DNA of 64,000 nt from Longimicrobiales bacterium (lineage in GTDB: Bacteria; Gemmatimonadota; Gemmatimonadetes; Longimicrobiales; Gaopeijiaceae), in contig CBDAON010000004.1 in the NCBI GenBank assembly GCA_965198065.1, forward strand, positions 448,001 to 512,000, given 5' to 3'. Positions 51,001 to 59,912 of the stretch are shown here, piece by piece (position 1 is the stretch's first letter; each line of letters opens with the position of its first letter). The notes below the pieces were generated by a model that saw only the letters and a program-made list of their open reading frames with translations, was not told where the DNA came from and did no database searches. The translations under genes and the position numbers were made by a program.

Positions 51001-52216
51001 GCATTCCATCCTGATTTCGACCGACGTAGTAGTGCTGACCACACTCCTTGCACAGGGCGATTTCCAACGGCTCTGCGGCGGTGCCATCCCCGGCTTGGCC
51101 CTTACGGTTCAGCACCACCGCGTCCGTGCCGTCTCTGTGCACCAGAAACGCCCCCTCGAGAGCGCGCAGAAAGGCGTGGTAGCGGCGCGGAGGCCCGTCG
51201 GCCGCCGCTACTTGCAACTCGCTGAAGACGATGCTGGGCGCGGAAAAGGACTCCCCGAAGAGTTCGTTGGCGAACTCGGCGACCGCGTGTCTGTCGGCCT
51301 CGCTCTTGCCTGAGGAGAGAGTCGCGCTCGTGGCGATGCAGCGAAATGGATCCCGCCGACCCCCGTCGCGCAACCGCTGCTTGAGACGCCGGATCAGCAT
51401 GCCCATCTCCATGCCCTTGGCGCCCCGGTACTGGTGCGCTTCGTCGAGCACGATGAACTGCCAGCGCTCGCCCCGGCCACTGTCAAACAGTGGGCTATCG
51501 TCGGGGCGGATGAGCAGGTACTCCAACATCGAGTAGTTGGTGAGCAGGATGTGGGGCGGAGCCTCGCGCATCTCGTCGCGGAAGATCATTTCTCCGGGAA
51601 GGCGGTTCTCGGCCCACCAATCAGCATTACGCCACTGGTCCCGGCTGTTTTTGGGTGTCTGGCCGATGTACTGCCCGAATGTAGGCTGGAAACCCGACCC
51701 TGCCTCGCGTAAACCCCAGCCGATGTTGCCCAACCGGTCGCGTTGGTCGTTGGCGAGCGCGTTCATCGGATACAGGATCATGGCCCGAACCCCAGGCTCG
51801 CGCAGTTGGCCAGCGAGATGCTGGCGATACAGCTCGAACAGGATCGGGTACAGGAAACTCTCGGTCTTGCCGCTCGCGGTGTCGGTGGCTACCACGATGT
51901 TGCGCTGCTTCTGATGGACGGCGCGGACGGCTCGCTCCTGGTGCACATACAGCGGAGCGTCGATCAGCGCCGGAAGCAGGTCGGTGGCGGTCTCGGGAAA
52001 GCACTCCCGCGCCAGCGCACGCGCGGCCAATCCCGTGCGGAAGCTCCGAGCCGATTCCAGATAGCTGCCCTTCAGCAGGCTTTCTTCCTCTTGCAGAGCG
52101 GCCTGGAACGAGGCGCGAAGGCCGGGATCCTTGAAGAAGAACGACGTCTTCAGATAGCTTTCGTAGCGCTGGCGAATCCTCTCTGGCCACGAGCCCATGT
52201 CGTGCACGTCAGCCAT
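48014..52216 (-). CDS. SF2 DEAH helicase with Zn ribbons and C-terminal DUF1998 (YprA/DruE-like), 1400 aa
   Basis: LYVHQ, SGKT, YPMNALANDQ, LLTNYSMLE, DEAH, TSAT, FADSRQ, TTFEVGVD, QRVGRAGR, LYDNVPGGAG, CxCxxSCYxCL. Confidence 0.92.
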   Translation of the reverse strand: MADVHDMGSWPERIRQRYESYLKTSFFFKDPGLRASFQAALQEEESLLKGSYLESARSFRTGLAARALARECFPETATDLLPALIDAPLYVHQERAVRAVHQKQRNIVVATDTASGKTESFLYPILFELYRQHLAGQLREPGVRAMILYPMNALANDQRDRLGNIGWGLREAGSGFQPTFGQYIGQTPKNSRDQWRNADWWAENRLPGEMIFRDEMREAPPHILLTNYSMLEYLLIRPDDSPLFDSGRGERWQFIVLDEAHQYRGAKGMEMGMLIRRLKQRLRDGGRRDPFRCIATSATLSSGKSEADRHAVAEFANELFGESFSAPSIVFSELQVAAADGPPRRYHAFLRALEGAFLVHRDGTDAVVLNRKGQAGDGTAAEPLEIALCKECGQHYYVGRNQDGMLREAIRDPSHSDFGVDYYLPAEDGGQLLCRRCGALSGSPPACECGATVRVRRCENHKDHADQMKRCEACQYRRGGIGDPIQEIVHGSDGPNAVIATALHELLPEPRRKVLAFADSRQEAAFFAWYAENSYEKLRDRNLILRAIKAGPVDRGGMSISDLQSRLLVQWERAGLLKASDTSEDRNRKVLTAILREAVTDERRLSLSGVGLVKWFVAIPDSLRLPQSMLHPPWSFQEEEARGLIGYLLDELRPRRAMNLPPRPSLAWSDVSPWPQQAYCKGPPGRRRGVLQWGGPQSAVVSHFLDRLLADSGLSAEQKRSESTGLMDEVWTALRHDPDDPILSRGTANGTFRIDPVWLRIKPAHPAAVWECGTCATLSTYNIRGVCPRNGCPGDLTPANQERLQENHYRILYDDLDLPPALSAEEHTAQIDSDEARRLQDRFKKGKIHLLSSSTTFEVGVDLGDLDVVFLRNVPPEPFNYTQRVGRAGRAATPGLALTYCRRNPHDLYHYEDPEHRVIRGAVHPPRLRLTNEKIVLRHMVATALSAFFRFGSNAMRFNRVQDLVGDWQSPRATLDLRAFCENNSALAASLREIVPKLLHKSTGLAADTWTEQVAGSDSRLAAVEMEVCSDYVDMERHRQDLFNRRKGTNRVEARMKTIAGEQTLNFLSRKAVIPKYGFPVDVVELDTRPQDGNRTGVALQRDLSQAIAEYAPGGKVVARKLEWESCGVKKVSGKEWPVRHYRYDDARSFKQWNEGDPTAPPNVRKYLIPEFGFVTPLFKQPKEPHGRARRLYTTRPFFRGFDDDDLPETTYLSGVQVTKAQPGTLVILCEGRKREGFLICRSCGAHMTEPKATHNSPSDSPCSGTLGRFSLGHELVTDVVRLQFSGLHGEWAAYSVAYAMLLGAAETLDVPDTDLNVTIAVGTNPGESAIVLYDNVPGGAGLVAQMEQEILFDEILANARQRVQGNCGCDSSCYGCLRSYRNQFAHPYLDRRYALEGIV

Positions 52217-54236
52217 TGGACACTTTCCGAAGGTTCTTCACGTTGGCCGGATGCACGCTGCGTCGACGTCTGTCGATCCTGATCGACCTTCGCGCTGCCT
52301 CGGTCGCGCTCAAGCCGATTGCGCGCAACTCTCCGCCGCTGAAGCCCTTGCCGGGTCGCCAGCCGCCACCCCCTCGCAGAACCTTGGCGACCGGTTGGCG
52401 GAACGCGGGGCGGACCAATGGCTTCGATATCGCTATAATTGCCGGCGGCGGGTCGGCGGGAATCCGGACCAAGGTCAGCGGCTTCTGACCGCGTCGGTCG
52501 TTGGACTGATCAAATCGGACGGTGAACAGGGCATCCTCGGTCAGGCGATGGTCGATCTGGACATGATCGACGAAGTGGGCTAGAGGCAATGTGAACTCAT
52601 CTTCCCTCCTCGTGTACTTGAGCCCCGGCTCGTCACCGAACCCCACGACAACCGACCTGATTGGCTTCGGTGATCGCAACCGCAGTATCTGGTTCGAGTC
52701 AGCGCGTTCCCGGAAATCGTGGCGCGTCATCTTGAACGGTGTGCTGCACCACTCGCCATCCCATTCGGTGCCTTCTCGCTCCATCCGCCACCAGATGCGC
52801 GGCAAATGCAAGGCGATGTCCACGCGACCGCCGTCGGCTTCTAGCGCACACGAAATCTCATCCACGTCGGGGTGCGGCTCGGCGATCAGACCGCCCATCC
52901 CGTCCTCCACGCCCGCCGCTCCTGGCGGCAGGGTGGCGTGGACTGGTACGCCATCGGCGCCGATGAACCGCACCGTTGTCGACGGATGGCCTGTCGCGGT
53001 CGGCACGAGCAGCGTGTCTCCGGAGTAAGGCTCTCCATTCAACCGAATCTCTCGAAGACCGCGCAGGTATCGGAACTGGGCACCATCCAGCATTGCCCCT
53101 TGCTCATCGTAGACGCGAAGGAAGAAGCGACCCTGCCGAGCGTCCATGACTTCGGCAAGGGTGCGCTCGGACGGTTTGAAATTACAGCCCTTCCAGCCGT
53201 GTGCGCCTTCCTCTCCGACCCGCGCCCAAACCACTCGGTCCGCATGACTCAGTCGCGGAGGAGTTCCCACGAATAGGTCACCCTCCTCGGAATCGTCGAA
53301 GACACGCTTTCCGCTCAACTTGAATCCGGGTGCGCTCGAGTCGATCTCACGCCCCGAAAAGCCGCCTTGCTCTTCCGTGGACTCGCTACCGTCCCGGAAG
53401 AAATAGTGCGCCATGAACGCCGAGTCGGAGCAGCCATCGGGTTCAACGGGCACATGACCCGAACGAACCAACTCCACCGGCGCGACCACGATGAAGTGGC
53501 CTTTCGTGAGACGGGTGATCTTGCGGCCATCCCCGGTCCAATCTTTGTTCAGCTTGAAGATCAGTGGGCTCTTGTCGAACAGGGAAACGTCGATCGGTGG
53601 GCCTTGCTCGAAGTCGATGGACAGGCGACCGGCGAACGACGTGAGAAGCCACCCTCCGTTCCCCAGGCTGAGCGGCTCACCGTTCTGCTTCACAGCTGCA
53701 ATTCGGGATTCTTCATCTGCGGAGAGCAGTACTTCCCACCGCACTGAACCCCAAGGTCTACGGCAGATAAGCTCCGGACGGGGCTTGGACGTTGGACGTC
53801 CTACACGAGTTCCTCCTCTTTCGTTTTCAATTACGGCTTTGGTCTGCGTCGGTCCGTCTCGTCTTCCTGTAATACTTCGGGGAGGTCGAAGCTCCGGCCC
53901 CTTGCCTTCCTTCCGCCGCTTCGAGGGAGCCGAGCTCTCGCCATCGGTCTTGCGATCATGCCCGTTGGCATCGCTCTTGCCGTCAGGAGTGGATCCGCCA
54001 TCGTTGGGTGAAGCACGAGAAGGCGAATTTCCTATTGCGAGTGGGCTTTCCGGCAGTGCCGGAGGCGATGTCGCCGATGGGCTTTCGCAGCTGGTCGACG
54101 GTGCTTGAGGCTCGGCAGACTCCGTCACGCCCTCATCGTCTGTGCTGTGAGAGGTCCAACGGAACAGCACGCGGCACAATAGGCGGCGCATCCACTTCCT
54201 GCCCTTTGCGAATACCCTTCTCAACACGTCACGCAA
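52209..54236 (-). CDS. Unknown 675-aa protein with C-terminal ribosomal eL13 (L13e)-like domain
   Basis: Long clean ORF overlapping the helicase start by 8 nt; C-terminal RPGKGFSGGELRAIGL...IRIDRRRRSVHPANVKNLR; start codon uncertain. Confidence 0.75.
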   Translation of the reverse strand: MRDVLRRVFAKGRKWMRRLLCRVLFRWTSHSTDDEGVTESAEPQAPSTSCESPSATSPPALPESPLAIGNSPSRASPNDGGSTPDGKSDANGHDRKTDGESSAPSKRRKEGKGPELRPPRSITGRRDGPTQTKAVIENERGGTRVGRPTSKPRPELICRRPWGSVRWEVLLSADEESRIAAVKQNGEPLSLGNGGWLLTSFAGRLSIDFEQGPPIDVSLFDKSPLIFKLNKDWTGDGRKITRLTKGHFIVVAPVELVRSGHVPVEPDGCSDSAFMAHYFFRDGSESTEEQGGFSGREIDSSAPGFKLSGKRVFDDSEEGDLFVGTPPRLSHADRVVWARVGEEGAHGWKGCNFKPSERTLAEVMDARQGRFFLRVYDEQGAMLDGAQFRYLRGLREIRLNGEPYSGDTLLVPTATGHPSTTVRFIGADGVPVHATLPPGAAGVEDGMGGLIAEPHPDVDEISCALEADGGRVDIALHLPRIWWRMEREGTEWDGEWCSTPFKMTRHDFRERADSNQILRLRSPKPIRSVVVGFGDEPGLKYTRREDEFTLPLAHFVDHVQIDHRLTEDALFTVRFDQSNDRRGQKPLTLVRIPADPPPAIIAISKPLVRPAFRQPVAKVLRGGGGWRPGKGFSGGELRAIGLSATEAARRSIRIDRRRRSVHPANVKNLRKVSNG

Positions 54237-55364
54237 GCTCCACGACTTAACTGACCTCCTCCTTGACCAAACCCGGAAGCGTGGCCACGAAAACCGAAAG
54301 CATGCGAGAAATAGTTGGAGGTCTGGACGGCCGCAACTGGCGAATGCCGTTCCAGATCGATACGACTGACCCGCCCGACGCCCGCCAGCTTGGGAGCGGG
54401 AGCGCCGATCCCCTGGAGAAGAGTCTGTTCAGCTTGGCTACATGCTCCTCATAGCGCGCTACGGATCGGCGGCGGACGTCGAACACCTCGAAGAAACCGT
54501 TGTAGAAACTCTGAGTCTCGCCCTTCTCGTATGCTGGCAGAGGTGCGGGGTGTATCCCGCATGGTCACCGGACCCGGTGGGGTCCGGCCTGGAGCACGGC
54601 AGCGAATCGGCCGAAGTGAGGCTGGCCTCGTGGGCCCGGAAGATCACGGCTCTCCGGGGCTCTCAGCGGCCCGGCTTCAGCTACGAAGCCGAGCCGGGTC
54701 GCGGGGTCACATGAGCTCTCAAAGAGGCCCGCCTAGACGCGTCGGTAGGTAGTTGGCGACACGAGCCGGATCACAGCCAAGGGAGGACTCGCCGATAGGA
54801 AGACGCAGGCCGAAGCCACGCGCCAGGAAACCGGCGGTTGAACAAGGGCGACGACCCTGTCCGTGCCGATGTCTTGGCGGCCGCTGTACCTCCACATGTG
54901 TTAATCGCGGATGACGACGGGTCGCCTGTTCCAGGGAAGTCTCTTCGCCGAGGACTTTCTTCGCGACGCGATCACAGAACTTGACGAGTGGCAAGACCTC
55001 CCCGACGCAGCGCTCGGGGATCTCGAGGGTGCTTCCATGAGGCGCCTGCACGACTCACCCAAGCCCCACTCCACCCCATAGCTTCAACCGTCAACCCACA
55101 ACTCCAGCGCCGCTATGGACCTCTGCTCCCACAGGGTGATCGACACCGGTGGAATACGGAGTGGCGGCCCAAGACCGCGAGAAACCGATACCGAACATCG
55201 ACGCGGTGGTGCTGTCCGGTGGTAGCGCGTATGGCTTAAGCGTCGACGGACGTGGTGATGCAGTATCCCGCGAGTCTGGTTTCCGGAATGCGCTACCTAC
55301 GCAACACTATGCAATTTGAGTACATTGTAATGTTCGGTATGTCTTCGGTTGCCGGAGGTGATCC

Positions 55365-56138
55365 GTGGCCCAGCAGACGGGAATCGAGTGGACAGACGCG
55401 ACATGGAACCCCGTCACTGGGTGCACTCGTGTAACAGAAGGGTGTGACAATTGCTACGCTGCCACCCTCGCCGCCCGACTACTTCGACAGGCTTACTTGG
55501 AGCGGGCCCCTGTGATCGACTCGGATATCACCCGGCGAGATCCATTCGCCGTTCGGCTGTGGCCTGAACGGTTATCCCAGCCTCTGAAGTGGCAGGATCC
55601 ACGGGTGATCTTCGTCAACAGCATGAGTGATGTGTTCCATGCCGACATCCCCACTGACTTCCTGCGCCAGACATTCGAGGTCATGCTCGAAGCCAATTGG
55701 CATACCTATCAGGTGCTAACAAAGCGTCCATCACGAGCCGCTCGATTCTGGCGCGAGAATTCAGACCTGTTCGGAGGTGACCCGATTCCCAGCCATATCT
55801 GGATCGGGACATCCGTAGAGCATCAAGATGTGGCCTACCGAGTTGGTCACCTCCGACAAGTACCTGCATGGGTCCGCTTCCTCTCCTGTGAGCCCTTGAT
55901 CGGACCGATTGAGCTGGATCTAAACGATATCGGATGGGTCATCGCTGGCGGGGAGAGTGGACCGGTCCGCCGACCCATGGAGCCTGCCTGGGCCCTGTCG
56001 ATCCGTGACCAGTGTCGCACTGCAGGTGTTCCATTTTTCTTCAAGCAGTGGGGTGGCCGCACGCCCAAGGCCGGCGGCAGGGAGTTGGACGGGAAGCATT
56101 GGGACGAGATGCCAGTGGTAGCGACTGCTGGCAAGTGA
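55365..56138 (+). CDS. DUF5131 / phage Gp37-Gp68 family (three-Cys, radical-SAM-like)
   Basis: IEWTDATWNPVTGC..V..GCDNCYA, FVNSMSD.FH, LTKRP, FLSCEPL, GGESG, FFKQWGG. Confidence 0.92.
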   Translation: MAQQTGIEWTDATWNPVTGCTRVTEGCDNCYAATLAARLLRQAYLERAPVIDSDITRRDPFAVRLWPERLSQPLKWQDPRVIFVNSMSDVFHADIPTDFLRQTFEVMLEANWHTYQVLTKRPSRAARFWRENSDLFGGDPIPSHIWIGTSVEHQDVAYRVGHLRQVPAWVRFLSCEPLIGPIELDLNDIGWVIAGGESGPVRRPMEPAWALSIRDQCRTAGVPFFFKQWGGRTPKAGGRELDGKHWDEMPVVATAGK

Positions 56139-56146
56139 GATGACGG

Positions 56147-57007
56147 TTGTCTGATTACAACTTTCTCGCAGGACTCACAGACGACGGGCTCTACACTCCC
56201 ACGATCAAGTGTCATTCGTTGCACAAGATCCAACTCCACAACTACTACGTGGAGTTGTTCAGTACCTCGATGAAGAGACAATGGCCCCAGCGGGCCTACC
56301 TCGGTCTCTGCTCTGGAGCGGGCCGGGCGAGAGTCGAGGAGACCGACGAAATAGTCGAGACGACGGCGATGTCCGCGGTTCGGGTTCAACATCCTTTCAC
56401 GAAGTACGTCTTCGTGGATAACGACCTCCGGTGCATTGAAGCCCTGAAGGGGCGGATTGCTGCATTGCCGGGCGAGCACGACTTCACGCTTCTCCTCGAA
56501 GACGTCAATTTAGCCGGAGAGAAGATCGTTGAGGCTATGCCAAGCTACAGTTCTGACCACAAGCTACTGTCCTTTTGCTTCATCGACCCTTTTTCTGCCG
56601 ACCTCAATTTCGACGTGATTAAGACCCTCGGGACCCGCTATCAGATGGACTTTCTTATCGTCCTGATGCTGGGTAGAGATGTCCGAACCAACTTCCGTCG
56701 ATACCTATCAGACCCGAGCGACACCAGAATCGCCTCTCTGATCGATGATCCAGATTGGCGGGAAGGGTGGGCTGGCAAGGGCCATGGGAGTCGGGGCTTA
56801 ATACGGTTTATTCTGGAAAAGTTCGACGAGGCGATGACTGGAATCGGTTATCGGGCTGCTCAACCAGATGACGCGCACCCGATCAGAGTTTTTGGAAAGA
56901 ACGTCTTCCTCTATTCATTGGTCTTCTATAGCAAGAATCCGCTCGGCCAGAAGTTCTGGCAGGCCACTCGTCGCGGGACCCATCCACAGATGACCCTCGG
57001 CATCTAA
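56147..57007 (+). CDS. tcmP: Three-Cys-motif partner protein (TcmP-like methyltransferase fold)
   Basis: HS..K..L..Y, YLGLCSGAG, FCFIDPF, YSLVFYSK; directly after DUF5131. Confidence 0.8.
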   Translation: MSDYNFLAGLTDDGLYTPTIKCHSLHKIQLHNYYVELFSTSMKRQWPQRAYLGLCSGAGRARVEETDEIVETTAMSAVRVQHPFTKYVFVDNDLRCIEALKGRIAALPGEHDFTLLLEDVNLAGEKIVEAMPSYSSDHKLLSFCFIDPFSADLNFDVIKTLGTRYQMDFLIVLMLGRDVRTNFRRYLSDPSDTRIASLIDDPDWREGWAGKGHGSRGLIRFILEKFDEAMTGIGYRAAQPDDAHPIRVFGKNVFLYSLVFYSKNPLGQKFWQATRRGTHPQMTLGI

Positions 57008-57174
57008 AGAGAGTGGCCCAGAATCATCCCAGACGGTCCCGGCTCCACCGCGTTGCTCCCTAACTGGTGGTCGACGACCTGATGCGAGCTTTCCGGTACG
57101 GCGGATCCCGTTCCCTGGCGTCTCTTCGAGCCGCAGGAGTCGCTCGTGCTTCGTTGTCAGGCGTGCGCCGTCCA

Positions 57175-57297
57175 GATGAGGTCACGCGCGCCGACGTGAT
57201 CGAGATCCTCACTCCGATCTGGCACACCAAGGCGCCCACGGCCCAGTGTGTACATCACCGCACCCGAACTGTGTTAGAATGGGCCGTGGCGATGGAG
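57175..57297 (+). pseudogene. P4-type integrase internal fragment
   Basis: EVTRADVIEILTPIWHTK...VLEWAVAME. Confidence 0.75.
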
Positions 57298-58512
57298 CTA
57301 CGTGCCCTTCGGTTCTTGACGCTCGCCAGCCAGGTAGCTCGCCCAGTCCTCCATGAGTCGGCGCCGCCGCTCGAACAGGTCCGTGCGCCGATAGGCGGCC
57401 TCGACCTTGTTCTGGACGACATGCGCCAGCGCCGCCTCCACGACCTCGCGGGGATGATCCGTATCTTCGGCCGCCCAGTCCCGGAAACTCGACCGGAACC
57501 CGTGCGGCACAGCCGCGATCTTTAACTCCCTGAGCAGTTCCGACAGCGCTGTGGTCGCAATGGGGTTTCTGCGCAGGCCTGGAAACACGAGCGGGCTGCC
57601 GCGATCGAGCGCCCGCGCCTCCTCGAGGATCTCCAGCGCACGCCGGCACAGCGGGACCCGGTGCTCGCGCGCCGCCTTCGTGCGTCGGGCCGGGATGATC
57701 CACGCACCCTCGCCCCGGTCGATCTCCGTCCAGAGCGCCCCACGCACCTCGCCGGAGCGTGTCGCCGTCAGCACCAGGAACTCGAATGCCAGCTTCACGA
57801 CCGGCCGCGCGTTCGACCTCCGCACCGTCTCGATCGCCGCCGACACCTGGCCGTGCGGCAACGCCCGCATGTGTCGAACGACGCCCCCCTGCGAACCGAG
57901 CACCGGGCCGATCCGGTCGCACGGGTTGTCGGGCCGGAGACCCATCGCCACCGCCCACTCCATGACCGCGCGGATGCGCTGGCGCAACTTCCGGGCCGTG
58001 GGCGGCATGTCGTGCCAGATCGGAGCGAGGATCCCGATCACGTCGGCGCTCGTCACCTCCGAAATTGGCATCTTCCCGATGCGAGGAACAGCGTAGCGCT
58101 CCAGGCTGCTCAGCCAGAGCTGCGCATGCTGGGGGGAGCGCCAGCCCGGCCGCAGCTGGTTCCAGACCTGCCGGGTCGCGTCCGCGAAGGTGGGCGTCGA
58201 CTCGACCCGCCGCTTCTCCGACAGGGGATCGCCTCGCTCGCGGGCGAGCTTCCGGTTGGCGAACGCCTTCTCTCGGGCTTCCTTCAGCGAGACCAGGGGG
58301 AATCCGCCGAGCCCGAGCTCGGTTCGGCGGCCGCGGATCGTGAGGCGCTGGATCCAGCCCCGGCTGCCCGAGGGCCGCACATCGAGATAGAGGCCCTGGC
58401 CGTCACAATAGCGTCCGGCCTGGCTCACGTTGCGCACGAAGGCAGGCGTCAGGGCGTTGTTGGGATGCCGTCTGCGCGGCTTGCGTTGCGGGGGTCGCTT
58501 GGGGGGTGTCAT
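57298..58512 (-). CDS. P4-like tyrosine integrase, intact
   Basis: Arm domain, TATRSGE, PHGFRSSFRDW, LAH, AAY.R. Confidence 0.93.
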   Translation of the reverse strand: MTPPKRPPQRKPRRRHPNNALTPAFVRNVSQAGRYCDGQGLYLDVRPSGSRGWIQRLTIRGRRTELGLGGFPLVSLKEAREKAFANRKLARERGDPLSEKRRVESTPTFADATRQVWNQLRPGWRSPQHAQLWLSSLERYAVPRIGKMPISEVTSADVIGILAPIWHDMPPTARKLRQRIRAVMEWAVAMGLRPDNPCDRIGPVLGSQGGVVRHMRALPHGQVSAAIETVRRSNARPVVKLAFEFLVLTATRSGEVRGALWTEIDRGEGAWIIPARRTKAAREHRVPLCRRALEILEEARALDRGSPLVFPGLRRNPIATTALSELLRELKIAAVPHGFRSSFRDWAAEDTDHPREVVEAALAHVVQNKVEAAYRRTDLFERRRRLMEDWASYLAGERQEPKGT

Positions 58513-58698
58513 ACCTACCAATATATCCACCACAGATTAGCGGATGCAAGGGTATGGAGCGGATCGGTATGGGACAGGAGAGATCCTTATGCATCGTGAT
58601 AAGTCAATATAAACAAGTCAGTTATATGCGTTATGGGACTTGGCTGGACGAGATGGCTATTCCCAATATGGCTGCCCTCCGGGAAGGGTGCCAGCGCG

Positions 58699-59418
58699 AT
58701 GCTGAAACCCGCGACGCTCGTACTCGTGGGCCTCGCTTCGGCGGCCGCCATCGCTCACGCGTTCCGGGCGCCGTTCCCCGGCCCCGGCGGCAACCCGGTG
58801 CTGGACTTGATCGCCTACCACGATCCGGGCTTCCACACGGTGATCCGAGTCTGGTACTACGTGGCGCCCGCCGTCGCCGTGGTGCTCTTCGGCAGCCTCG
58901 GCCTCTCGGTCTGGAGAGTCTGGCTGCAGCCCCGGGCGGGAGGAGGGCGCAGGGGCACGTTGCCACCCTGGCCCGCCTCGCCCGAGGACGAGGCGCCATC
59001 GCTGGTGATCGGCGAGCTCCACCATACCGTCGTCCCGCGAGAGAGAGAGCGGCCGTCCTGGCTCGTCGTTCCCGAGACGGGGCTGTATACGGGCGTGCTC
59101 ATCGTCGGGGCCGTCGGCTCCGGCAAGACATCGGCCTGCATGTATCCGTTCGCGCAGCAGCTCCTCTCCTGGCAGGCCGACCGGCCCGGGCGCCGGGCCA
59201 GCGCCCTGGTGCTAGAGGTCAAGGGCGACTTCTGCCATGACGTGCGCCGGATCCTCGAAGGCGCCGGGCGCGGGGACGACTACCTGGAGATCGGCCTCGG
59301 CGGCGCCTGGCAGTGGAACCCACTCGACGATCCGCTGCTCGACACCTATTCGCTCGCCTACAGCGTCGCCTCCCTGATCAACCAGCTCTTCGGCAAGAGC
59401 CGAGAACCGTTCTGGCAG
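58699..59418 (+). pseudogene. Second VirD4-like gene, N-terminal third
   Basis: Highly similar to 9435-11471 up to EPFWQ, then broken. Confidence 0.88.
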
Positions 59419-59419
59419 C

Positions 59420-59613
59420 GACGACAACCCCTTCTCGGAGGCGCACTTCAAGACCGTCAAATACCACCCCAACCTGAACGCTTCGTGCAGGGGATCCCCA
59501 CGCCCCAGCCTCTCCCAACGGAGGTCTGGATCAATCCACCAGCTGCGGCTCCAACACCGCAGCCTGCTCACTAATTTATGACTCCGGGTGTCTCATTGCT
59601 GTTGACAGGTTCC
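59420..59613 (+). mobile_element. Internally deleted 3' end of an IS3-like element
   Basis: DDNPFSEAHFKTVKYHP / PERFVQG...VWINPP, then TGTCTCATTGCTGTTGACA end-like sequence. Confidence 0.65.
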
Positions 59614-59790
59614 GTCGGGATCGATATGGCAAAGCGCAGCTTTCCAGTACACGGGGCGAAGGCGGACGGGTCGGTAGCATATCGGAGGAAGCTGAGCCGG
59701 GGAAAGTTGCTGAATTTCCTCGCCTCGCAGCGGCCCTGCACGGTGGCGATGGAGGCGTGTGCGAGCGCCCACTACTGGGGCCGACAGATT
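59614..59790 (+). pseudogene. IS110-family transposase N-terminal fragment
   Basis: GIDMAKRSF.VHG...VAMEACASAHYWGR. Confidence 0.85.
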
Positions 59791-59912
59791 GTAAGGCACG
59801 GAGCAAGAACCGAGATGGCAATCGGTCGAGACCCCGTGTATTCTGCGAGTAATGCCACAGTCCAGCCCCTGGAATCACATTAGGTGATCGCTATGGCCCC
59901 TTGGGAAATCCG

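Noticed and set aside
52209..52409. Archaeal or eukaryotic contamination / true ribosomal protein gene
   Set aside because: The domain is fused in frame to a long ORF of matching composition in a bacterial-type operon, with no other ribosomal genes nearby.
54247..55250. Third gene of the helicase operon or other genes upstream
   Set aside because: Only short, broken ORFs with no recognisable family.
58668..58690. tRNA-Gln 3' end (GGAGGGCAGCCA on the minus strand) as an att core
   Set aside because: Too short, no T-loop, and partly explained by virD4-leader homology.
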